Of a stretch of DNA of 64,000 nucleotides, positions 27,837 to 36,337 are shown piece by piece (positions within the stretch are counted from its first letter, which is position 1; every line of letters starts with the position of its first letter). The translations under genes were made by a program, and so were the position numbers. This stretch comes from Candidatus Brocadiia bacterium (GTDB taxonomy: Bacteria > Planctomycetota > Brocadiia > SM23-32). The DNA is taken from the NCBI GenBank assembly GCA_046538485.1, contig JBKHIT010000003.1, positions 83,199 to 147,198 of the forward strand, in the 5' to 3' direction. The notes beneath the pieces were generated by a model. That model ran no database searches. It was given only the letters and a program-made list of their open reading frames with translations, and was not told where the DNA came from.

Positions 27837-29888
27837 ATGAGGGATGCGACTCTCCGCAGTGAAGTTTGTGAGATTTCGGAAAAAGATTTCTGGTCTTCGT
27901 TCCGAATTCTCGAGGAGAAAGAGCCCGACGCTTCAAGAAAGCTGGAGGCTGCAATTGGTTTGGCTGAAGGTGGGCACAAAGCACGGGCGTACAACCGGAT
28001 TGCCGATTACCATATGATGACACTTGCGGAGGAGTGGGAAAGTATCCGGGACGAGTTTGTTTCGAAAAGTGTACCGGATTCGGAAGAATTGGATGACCTC
28101 TACGAACGCCGGATCAAGGGGCCAGCTGGTAAAAGTGTGAGTTTCGGTGAGGACTTTGATTGGAACTGTCGAGAGTTTGGCCCACAGGGTTGTTACAGGT
28201 TTCATCGTCTTGAATGGCTTATGCCGGCTGTTCAGAAATATATTCGCGACGGGGAGAGACGTTGGGCGCGTTTTTTGAACCGGGTTCTTGTCAGTTATTA
28301 CCACGCCCGGAATAATGAGGATTATCTCGGTAATAAACAGCATCCCGTTTACTGTGAACGGGGGATTGATCGCAAACTGGATGTTCTTTTGCCTGCTTAT
28401 CTTGCGCTTGTCAATAATGATGATGCTGCGGTTGATACGGTTGAAGCCATTTTGAAATTTTTTCTTGGATTTGGACGTTGGTTGCAAAGTGCTGTCAAAA
28501 ATTTTAGGCCCGATGCGGCCCATTGCGTTGGCACTGCCAGTCTTTTCCGCCTGGCACGTCTTTTCCCGGAATTTGAGAAAAGCCGCGACTGGGAGGATCA
28601 AACGATCGATAATCTCGTTTCGCATGCGGACAAAAGTTTTACCAACGACGGATGCCACATAAGCCGCTGTTGGCAAACAGGATGGTGTGTTCTAGGTGCT
28701 TTAACAGAGGCGTATCTTCTGGCCGTAAAGCGAGGCGGTTTTCCAAAAGAAGAAAGGCATTTTCGCAATCGACTTCGGATTGCATTCCGTTGGATGGCGC
28801 GTACCATGGGGCCCGGTGATACCATGCCGGGCTACGGGAATGGCTGGGTGAAGGAAAGCCCGGAAGTCTTTGATCTCGCCGGCAAACTTTTTCGCGATAC
28901 GGGGGACCGTTATTTCGGGGAAGATCGCGGGCGCTCCTGGCGGCTGCGACGTTCCGGTTATGCCGTAATGAGAAACGGGACGGGGGCAACGTCCGGATAT
29001 CTGTTGCTTAACTTCGGCCGTTTTGCGGATGACCAGGCCCATTTTGATCTATTGAACCTGGATTTTTGGGCTTACGGACAACCTCTTATAGATGAAGCCG
29101 GCGGCTCTTGCTCACAAGATCAGGGGCTTGATTGCGTTATGAGAACGCCGAGAAGCCATAATCAGGTGCTTATCGATGGCCATCCGTATGATTCCCGTGC
29201 TATTGAAGCCAAAGATATCATCTGGAAATCGACACAAGAAATCGATTTTTTCTCCGCTTGCCATCGGGCATACCGGAAAAGGGGAGAAGTTGATGGCCGA
29301 GATTTTATTCCGAGCATGGATGCTGTGATCAGGCGAACTGTCGTCTTTGTCAAAAAACCAGGATATGCTGTTGTAATGGATTCGGTGCAGCCCGAAGGGA
29401 ACGGAGATTATAATCGTTCTATTTCAGCGTGGTGGCACTCAAGCCAGCCATTCAAAGTGGCAGCTACCGGACGGGCTATTACTAAAGGTAGTCCCGGGAT
29501 GCTCGTGTTTTCGGTCCGTCCACAGGGGATCCACCGTATGGAAACCGGTGTTGACCGATATCCGGATGAATGCATGGAAAAAAACATGGCCCGCTACTAC
29601 CTCCGGGTGAGGCGGTGGGGCGCACCGGGGCACACCGGTTGCCTGGGCTTTATCACGTTGCTGTATCCTTTCGAGGATAAAACTCCTGAGATCGCTTTTG
29701 ATACGCTGCCCACGCACGGAGGAGAACAGTGGCGGAGCGAGGCCATCGAAGTAAGGAGTCCTGCGGGGCGCGATATTTTGGTTTTGAATCCCGAAAGAAT
29801 GCGCAATTTGCTCTGGCGTGGTCGTGATCTGAGCTCGCGTGCCTGGATCCGGCTGGGCGGGGAGCGGGGGACAGTAACTGTCGAATGA
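27837..29888 (+). CDS. Heparinase II/III-like polysaccharide lyase family protein
   Basis: Helical N-terminal domain, then SGYAVMR, AHFDLL.LDFWAYGQPLIDEAG and SHNQVLIDG, typical of the Hepar_II_III C-domain; RBS aggag. Confidence 0.8.
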   Translation: MRDATLRSEVCEISEKDFWSSFRILEEKEPDASRKLEAAIGLAEGGHKARAYNRIADYHMMTLAEEWESIRDEFVSKSVPDSEELDDLYERRIKGPAGKSVSFGEDFDWNCREFGPQGCYRFHRLEWLMPAVQKYIRDGERRWARFLNRVLVSYYHARNNEDYLGNKQHPVYCERGIDRKLDVLLPAYLALVNNDDAAVDTVEAILKFFLGFGRWLQSAVKNFRPDAAHCVGTASLFRLARLFPEFEKSRDWEDQTIDNLVSHADKSFTNDGCHISRCWQTGWCVLGALTEAYLLAVKRGGFPKEERHFRNRLRIAFRWMARTMGPGDTMPGYGNGWVKESPEVFDLAGKLFRDTGDRYFGEDRGRSWRLRRSGYAVMRNGTGATSGYLLLNFGRFADDQAHFDLLNLDFWAYGQPLIDEAGGSCSQDQGLDCVMRTPRSHNQVLIDGHPYDSRAIEAKDIIWKSTQEIDFFSACHRAYRKRGEVDGRDFIPSMDAVIRRTVVFVKKPGYAVVMDSVQPEGNGDYNRSISAWWHSSQPFKVAATGRAITKGSPGMLVFSVRPQGIHRMETGVDRYPDECMEKNMARYYLRVRRWGAPGHTGCLGFITLLYPFEDKTPEIAFDTLPTHGGEQWRSEAIEVRSPAGRDILVLNPERMRNLLWRGRDLSSRAWIRLGGERGTVTVE

Positions 29889-29895
29889 GAGATGA

Positions 29896-30783
29896 TCAAG
29901 CCCGGGGATGAGATTGATCGTAAATTTCTTTCAGGTTCTCGGTGGTCAGGTGTGTGTAAATCTGTGTGGTACTCAGATTCTCATGACCGAGCAGCTCCTG
30001 AATCGAACGAAGGTCTGCTCCGTTTTGAAGCATGTGGGTGGCAAAACTGTGCCTTAGAGAATGGGGACTGAGATTTGCGTCAAGACCCGCTTTCAGAAGA
30101 TATTTTCGCAGAATGCGCCGGACACTCCGCGATGTTAAACGCCCCCCATCGACCGCATTAATAAAAAGCGCAATTGGGCTGCGATCGGGCAGGTTCGCCT
30201 CTCGGACCTTGCTGCGATAGCTGCGAATAGCCCGGATTGCCGTCGACCCCAAAGGAGCGAGGCGTTCTTTCTTGCCTTTCCCTTGCACACGAGCAACTTC
30301 CGCCGAAAGGTCAAGATCGTCAAGATCCAGCGAAACGAGCTCGCTAACCCGCAGTCCGCCCCCATAAAGTGTCTCAAGTATCGCCAGGTCGCGGGCCCCT
30401 TTCCAATCGGTCGTTTCCGGGGCATCCATCAAGCGTTCAATATCTGCGACTGTGAGAAAACGAGGCAGTTTCTTTTCCTGCCGGGGCGTCCGCAGGACCG
30501 AAACCGGATTCTTCTTTATGTAGCCCTCCCTGTACATAAATTTATAGAGAGAACGAATGGCTGATACTTTCCGCGCGACGGTGCTTCTCGACAGCCCACG
30601 GGCGCGGAGAGTTGCCAGAAAACCCCTTACGTCCCGGAGAACTGCTGCCTGTACCTCTTTTTCGCGCGCATTAAGGAAATCACGGAAATCCTCAAGGTCC
30701 GTCCGATAGGCGCGTAGAGTGTGTTCAGAATAGCTTTTCTCAACTTTGAGCCGGTTCAAAAACTGGTCGACAAGAGAATCCAT
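29896..30783 (-). CDS. xerC: Tyrosine recombinase XerC-like
   Basis: SEHTLRAY..DL, RDLAILETLYGGGLRVSEL, GKGKKER, SPHSLRHSFATHML, QELLGH.NLSTTQIYT. Confidence 0.9.
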   Translation of the reverse strand: MDSLVDQFLNRLKVEKSYSEHTLRAYRTDLEDFRDFLNAREKEVQAAVLRDVRGFLATLRARGLSRSTVARKVSAIRSLYKFMYREGYIKKNPVSVLRTPRQEKKLPRFLTVADIERLMDAPETTDWKGARDLAILETLYGGGLRVSELVSLDLDDLDLSAEVARVQGKGKKERLAPLGSTAIRAIRSYRSKVREANLPDRSPIALFINAVDGGRLTSRSVRRILRKYLLKAGLDANLSPHSLRHSFATHMLQNGADLRSIQELLGHENLSTTQIYTHLTTENLKEIYDQSHPRA

Positions 30784-30822
30784 CTGGCATCCAATCAAGA
30801 AGGAAAAACGGAGTCGGGTTAC

Positions 30823-31094
30823 TAGTGGTCCGTTCCACTTGATGTTGTGCGTTCAGCCGTTCGTCGGCGGTTCAGATGCAAGGCGCAGTGAGAAGTTCGA
30901 CCCAAGTGGGTCCACGCCGAACTGCAACGCCGCAGATGGGCCGCCGCCGTCCGGCCCGAGGGGAGCAATTCTGCCGGGCCATTTCTTCGTTGCGGCTTCG
31001 CAGGGACCCGTCCGGGTCACCTTTGGCGCCGCGCTTCGAACTGACCTCGGCAGAAATGCTCTGAACCCACAAAATCAAATGGAACGGACCACTA
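30823..31094. mobile_element. MITE-like element (~270 bp) with ~26-bp terminal inverted repeats and TA at both ends
   Basis: Left tagtggtccgttccacttgatgttgtg; reverse complement of right end tagtggtccgttccatttgattttgtg (2 mismatches in 27); no convincing coding capacity. Confidence 0.75.
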
Positions 31095-31321
31095 TCCTGC
31101 ATCTTACGGATGCAGGCTATATAAAACGGCGCATGTCGTTTAGGAGTAAGAACTTACGAAAACAAGAAGTGTTCACAATTTCCGACCACCGCCGCCGTGC
31201 CGGAAGATGTCTGTATCTTCCTTGCGAAAAAGCAGTTAAAGCCAGTCGTTTCTCAACGTAACGTTCGCCTCGTTGGTGATCACTGATTTGAAGTTGTCAG
31301 ATTTTATGCGCCGTTTTTTTC

Positions 31322-31419
31322 GCCCGGATTTTGGGCTGGGAAGGGTTGTGAACGGTGTTCAATAAAGATTCTACCCTGATTGGGCAACAATAGCTCCCAA
31401 TTATCCGTAAAATCCGGGC
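31322..31419. repeat. Small inverted-repeat element (gcccggatttt…aaaatccgggc)
   Basis: Perfect 11-bp inverted repeat bounding ~98 bp; related termini also seen at ~3034 and ~6669. Confidence 0.45.
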
Positions 31420-31734
31420 TAGAAAGGCAAAAAGGCTAAGACACCTATCTTCCAGACCACTAGAATAGCATTTGTGAGGGAGCAGTCTCAAGAAATATCG
31501 GGGCCATGCTGACCCGCCGGGGTGGATGTTCGGCGGGGGATTTTTGGTGTCTGCTTTCTTTCGACCCATATCGTTGGCATTTTTTATAAGTCAAAAATGC
31601 CCATTAAGGCGGACAGAAACGACCTGGAAATGCGAAGAAACTTGACATTGGTTCTTTGCTCGGGTAGGTTTCCACATTCGGCGAAATTGTGGGTGGGGGC
31701 GTTTATGAACCACTGATATAAATGGGAGAATGGG

Positions 31735-32712
31735 ATGGATCCGGACAAACTGGAAGTTGGGGAACTTGTTACAGACGTTTTTCTGATTGCAAAATCGAGA
31801 CTTGGGACAGACCGACGCGGGCAGAATTATTACACTCTTACCGTGAACTGTGCAGGTGGCAAACAGCTGGAGGCTAAAATTTGGAGTGACAATATCGGGG
31901 CTCCTCTGGAGGTCGGGCAGGCTATTGAGGCCCTTGCTCGCGTTGACGAATATATGGGAGATACACAACTTAACATTCAACGTTATGAGGTTATTCCTCC
32001 GGAAGAATTCGACCCTTCTCCGTACGTCCGTTCCAGCGATATTGACGCTGATGCTGCGTTTAACACTTTGTTCGATTGGCAAGGGGACGATTTTAGCAAT
32101 CCATACCTCAAGCGTTTGATGAAAGAACTTTACGAGAACGAAGGATTTGCCCGATCATTCAAGACAAGTCCCGCTGCGAGTCATCACCATCACAACTACC
32201 TCGGCGGTCTCGCCGAGCATACGCTTGAGGTGTGGGAGCTGGCTGAACGGTTCTGCGCGCAGTACGAAGAACAGATAAGCCGGGAACTTGTGCTGGCGGG
32301 AGCCGCCTTACATGACATCGGGAAAATCCGCTGCTATGAACTTCTCAGTGGAGTGAGCGAACATACAGATGAAGGCTACCTGCTGAATCATATCTTCATA
32401 AGCTCCTCTATGATCAGTAATCTTTGGGACCAAAACGTCACACCGGAGGTCGACCCGGAAAATAAAGAGGAAGCTAACGAGCTGAAACATGTTTTGCTTC
32501 ACATCATCCTCAGTCATCACGGGAAAAAAGAATGGGGCTCGCCCATCATACCCCAGACCCCCGAGGCGCTGCTGATTCATTATTGCGATCAAATCAGCGC
32601 GACCATGCGCACGTGTTTCGATGCCGTGGAAGAAATCCCTGAAGGTGAATCGTGGACGGACTGGCTTCTCGTGATGGACAACCGGCGAAAGCTCTTTGCG
32701 CCCGAGCGTTGA
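31735..32712 (+). CDS. YhaM/Cbf1-like OB-fold + HD-domain 3'-5' exoribonuclease
   Basis: N-terminal OB fold (…EAKIW…), SPAASHHHHNYLGGLAEHTLEV, LHDIGK, ILSHHG..EWGSP..P.TPEA..IHYCD. Confidence 0.88.
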   Translation: MDPDKLEVGELVTDVFLIAKSRLGTDRRGQNYYTLTVNCAGGKQLEAKIWSDNIGAPLEVGQAIEALARVDEYMGDTQLNIQRYEVIPPEEFDPSPYVRSSDIDADAAFNTLFDWQGDDFSNPYLKRLMKELYENEGFARSFKTSPAASHHHHNYLGGLAEHTLEVWELAERFCAQYEEQISRELVLAGAALHDIGKIRCYELLSGVSEHTDEGYLLNHIFISSSMISNLWDQNVTPEVDPENKEEANELKHVLLHIILSHHGKKEWGSPIIPQTPEALLIHYCDQISATMRTCFDAVEEIPEGESWTDWLLVMDNRRKLFAPER

Positions 32713-32845
32713 AGTGGTCTGAAAAATCGTTTCAGTCTCCAGATCATGCAGGGAAGATGAAAACAGGATCGTCAAAGACCACAAAAACCCGACGCAAGAC
32801 AAAAATTGAAAATCGCGGTACCGCTCGTTTTATAAGGAGAACGTT

Positions 32846-35800
32846 TTGAGCACTAAAGAGGTTTATCAGGAATTTGTCAGTCCAAACGCACAATACCGAG
32901 GGAAGCCTTTCTGGGCCTGGAACGGCGTTCTTGACAGCGAAGAATTGAGGCGCCAGATTCGTGTTATGGACGAAATGGGTCTCGGCGGATTCTTCATGCA
33001 TAGCCGCGTCGGACTCGGAACAGCATATTTGTCTGACGAATGGTTCGATATGATCAAAGCGTGCGTCGATGAAGCCAGAAAACGGGACATGGAAGCCTGG
33101 ATGTACGATGAAGACCGCTGGCCTTCGGGGGCCGCAGGCGGCTTCGTGACGAAAGATGAACGTTACAGGCGGCGAAGCCTCGTGGTGGTTCCCGAACATC
33201 CCGATAATGTTGAACTCGGAATTACCCCCCTCACACTGTTTGTGGCCCGGATTGAGGACGGATCTCTCATTGAGTACCAGAAGTATGAGAAAACAGAGGA
33301 CCTGCCGGCGGACCTGGAACAGCCTGAGAGCTATCTGAGCTTCTATGTCAAACTGGACGATCCTTCCTCCTGGTACAATAATGGCACCTATCTCGACACA
33401 ATGAATCACGAGGCCGTGCAGCGTTTCATCGAAGTGACGCACGAGAGATATCGCGAGGAAGTTGGCGATGAGTTTGGAAACCATATCCCCGGGATCTTTA
33501 CCGATGAACCTAATTATGGAAACATTGTCCAGCCTTTTGCGATTGAGGGAACGAAATCCTGGGAAACCGCCTGGACCGGGTCGCTTCCAGAAACGTTCAG
33601 CAAACGTTACGGCTACGAGATCATGGATGTGCTTCCTGAAATATTTTTCACCCCCGAGGGCGAAGAAATTTCTACGACTCGGTGGGATTATATGGATTGT
33701 GTTACGTTCCTTTTTTCCGATGCCTTCGCAAGGCAAATAGGGGAGTGGTGTGAAGAGAACAATGTAATGCACACGGGACATGTCCTTGCGGAGGGGACTC
33801 TTCGTTCCCAGAGTAGCGTCGTCGGATCGGCAATGCGATTTTACGAATATATGCAAGCTCAGGGGATCGATATCCTGACGGAGCATAATTACGAGTACGG
33901 AACCGCTAAGCAATGTTCCAGCGTACAGCATCAAATGGGCCGCCGCTGGGTGCTGAGCGAGACCTATGGGTGCACGGGCTGGGATTTCAGTTTTGAAGGA
34001 CACAAAGCCGTTGGCGACTGGCAGGCGGCTCTTGGAATCAATCTGAGGTGTCAGCACCTCTCCTGGTATACCATGGCCGGTCAGGCCAAGCGCGATTATC
34101 CCGCTTCTATCCATTATCAATCTCCCTGGTGGCGGTACTACAGCACTGTGGAAGATTATTTTGCACGCCTTGCTGTGCTGACCAGCCGAGGACAAGCCGT
34201 CCGCCCACTGCTTGTCGTCCACCCTGTTGAAAGCGTCTGGGCTCTTGCCGGAGCGGAATGGCAAGACGATGAACGGGTCAAAATCCTGGACCAGCAACAC
34301 GACCAACTGCGTCAGTGGTTGTTGGAGGAACACCTGGATTTCGATTACGGGGACGAGGACATGATCGCTCGACTCGGAAAGGTTGATGCTGAGGAGCAGT
34401 CGCTCTGCATCGGAGAGGCGAACTACCAGACAGTTCTGGTGCCACCTATGCTGACGATACGGAGCAGCACTGCTGAAATTCTCAGCGAGTTCGCCGAAAA
34501 GGGCGGAAAAGTTGTTTTCTGCGGACAGATCCCTGAATACGTGGATGCTGCCAAACCCGAGGGGGGAGAACTCGACTTTGCTGGAAACTGCGCGCAGGCT
34601 TCCTTTTCCCGTGACCCCGTCGTTGATTCGGTGGCCGAGACACGTGTGGTCAGTATAACCGACGAGAACGGGAAACAGTGCAGGGATGTTCTGTATCTAT
34701 TGCACCGGGACGGTTCGGACTACTACCTGTTTATCTGTAATACGAACCGGGAGGAAGGCACCGGGGTTTTGAAGATAAAAATCGAGGCTGAAGGACAGGT
34801 ACAGGCCTGGAACGCTGAAACCGGTGAGCGCTCGGATGCGGGAGCCGAGATCACTGAAGACGGCATGGAATTTTCCAGGGCACTTGCCCCTACCGGTAGC
34901 GCTGTTTTTGTAATAACTCCGGATGAAGAAGATTTGTCCGAGGAGAAACGCGCTTCAGAAGTAAAATCCGTGCCGTTGCCGGAAGACGGATGGGATATGC
35001 GGGTGAATGAACCGAATGTTTATGTGCTTGACCGCGTTTGGTACCGCATTGAGGAGGGGGACTGGCAGGGACCAGCAGAAGTGCTCAAGGCGGATAACGC
35101 CATTCGCGACGCAATTGGACTTGATTCCCGTGGAGGGAAAATGGTCCAACCGTGGGCGAGAGAAGAAACGGCGGAAGGTCCAAAAGGGGAAGTGCAGTTG
35201 CGTGCGGAATTTAAGGTTGATGAAATTCCGAAAGGGCCTATCCAGGTGGCGCTCGAGGATCCCCAGAGGTTTTCAATTACACTGAACGGCCAGAGCGTTT
35301 CCACGGAAGCTGAATGTGGCTGGTGGGTCGATCGGTCTATTCGTGTGATTCCACTCGATGTGGCAGAGGTAAAGGAAGGCACAAATACCATAGAACTTTC
35401 TGGAACTTATGACGATGATGCCGGGCTGGAGACTATGTTTTTGCTCGGATATTTTGGCGTCTCTTTGAACGGCAATGAGGCTGTTATAAAGGGCTTGTCT
35501 CATTTAGATTTTGGGGATTGGACTCAGCAGGATCTGCCATTCTACAGCGGTGCGATAGCCTATGAAAGAAGCGTTCCGGTGCAGGCTGATAGCCGCAAAG
35601 TATTCGTGAAAGTGCCTGATTTCAGCGGTGCTTGTGCGCGAGTGCTGGTTGACGGCGAAGAAGCGGGAGTGATAGGCTGGCAACCGGCCGAAGTTGAGAT
35701 TACGGAATACGTGCAGGATACGAGGGAAATTGGCCTGACCATTGAAGTAGTCTCGCACCGCAGGAATGCGTTTGGCCCGCTTCATAATGTGGAAACATGG

Positions 35801-35920
35801 CCACGATGGACCGGCCCCTCCCAGTTTATAACATCCGGAGATCAATGGTCCGAAGATTATAACCTTGTCCCATGCGGTTGCTTCTCAATACCTCAAATCA
35901 GTTATCGAACGGTCGACTGA
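32846..35920 (+). CDS. Large glycoside hydrolase, GH106-like (alpha-L-rhamnosidase-like)
   Basis: PFWAWNG, MGLGGFFMHSR.GL, YDEDRWPSG, GIFTDEP, LSETYG, C-terminal sugar-binding beta-sandwich; TTG start after RBS aaggaga. Confidence 0.8.
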   Translation: MSTKEVYQEFVSPNAQYRGKPFWAWNGVLDSEELRRQIRVMDEMGLGGFFMHSRVGLGTAYLSDEWFDMIKACVDEARKRDMEAWMYDEDRWPSGAAGGFVTKDERYRRRSLVVVPEHPDNVELGITPLTLFVARIEDGSLIEYQKYEKTEDLPADLEQPESYLSFYVKLDDPSSWYNNGTYLDTMNHEAVQRFIEVTHERYREEVGDEFGNHIPGIFTDEPNYGNIVQPFAIEGTKSWETAWTGSLPETFSKRYGYEIMDVLPEIFFTPEGEEISTTRWDYMDCVTFLFSDAFARQIGEWCEENNVMHTGHVLAEGTLRSQSSVVGSAMRFYEYMQAQGIDILTEHNYEYGTAKQCSSVQHQMGRRWVLSETYGCTGWDFSFEGHKAVGDWQAALGINLRCQHLSWYTMAGQAKRDYPASIHYQSPWWRYYSTVEDYFARLAVLTSRGQAVRPLLVVHPVESVWALAGAEWQDDERVKILDQQHDQLRQWLLEEHLDFDYGDEDMIARLGKVDAEEQSLCIGEANYQTVLVPPMLTIRSSTAEILSEFAEKGGKVVFCGQIPEYVDAAKPEGGELDFAGNCAQASFSRDPVVDSVAETRVVSITDENGKQCRDVLYLLHRDGSDYYLFICNTNREEGTGVLKIKIEAEGQVQAWNAETGERSDAGAEITEDGMEFSRALAPTGSAVFVITPDEEDLSEEKRASEVKSVPLPEDGWDMRVNEPNVYVLDRVWYRIEEGDWQGPAEVLKADNAIRDAIGLDSRGGKMVQPWAREETAEGPKGEVQLRAEFKVDEIPKGPIQVALEDPQRFSITLNGQSVSTEAECGWWVDRSIRVIPLDVAEVKEGTNTIELSGTYDDDAGLETMFLLGYFGVSLNGNEAVIKGLSHLDFGDWTQQDLPFYSGAIAYERSVPVQADSRKVFVKVPDFSGACARVLVDGEEAGVIGWQPAEVEITEYVQDTREIGLTIEVVSHRRNAFGPLHNVETWPRWTGPSQFITSGDQWSEDYNLVPCGCFSIPQISYRTVD

Positions 35921-36337
35921 TTCCCATCGTCGTGGGAGTGGCTATAATTTGCCTGGTTCATCCGTTTCGTTGGTGTCCAACGTCAGAATAACCAGCCACA
36001 ACCGTCGCTACAACGGCGGCCGTGTGCCGCACCAAAACGTATCCTTCCTTTCGTGATTAATTTCGTAATTATATCCGCGCGATAGCCAGATTACTGCGGC
36101 GGCTACGCTGCTGCTTGACAACGACATTCGGGCGCCAGCTATGTTAACGCGCGGTAAACGGATACTCGTATATTGCTAAAGGGGCTGAATCTGAGTCTTC
36201 TTGTATCTTTTTCGGGTTTCCCGAAGTGGATGCCTGGCATTTGTAACTGGCGCATCACGCCATTCCCCTTTATTCTGTACATGCATAAACATAGAAATCA
36301 TGAGAAAACGCCGGTTTCATCGGGAGAGTGCAAAATC

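Noticed and set aside
29896-30783. Integron integrase or prophage integrase
   Set aside because: Length (~295 aa) and motifs fit XerC; no IntI-specific insertion or adjacent phage genes; no dif-like site recognised in the window.
30746-31261. 171-aa plus-strand ORF
   Set aside because: Reads through the MITE-like element and antisense into xerC; not credible as a gene.
32744-34333. 529-aa minus-strand ORF
   Set aside because: Lies entirely antisense to the GH106-like gene; no family motifs. The many other overlapping short ORFs in the track were rejected for the same reason.
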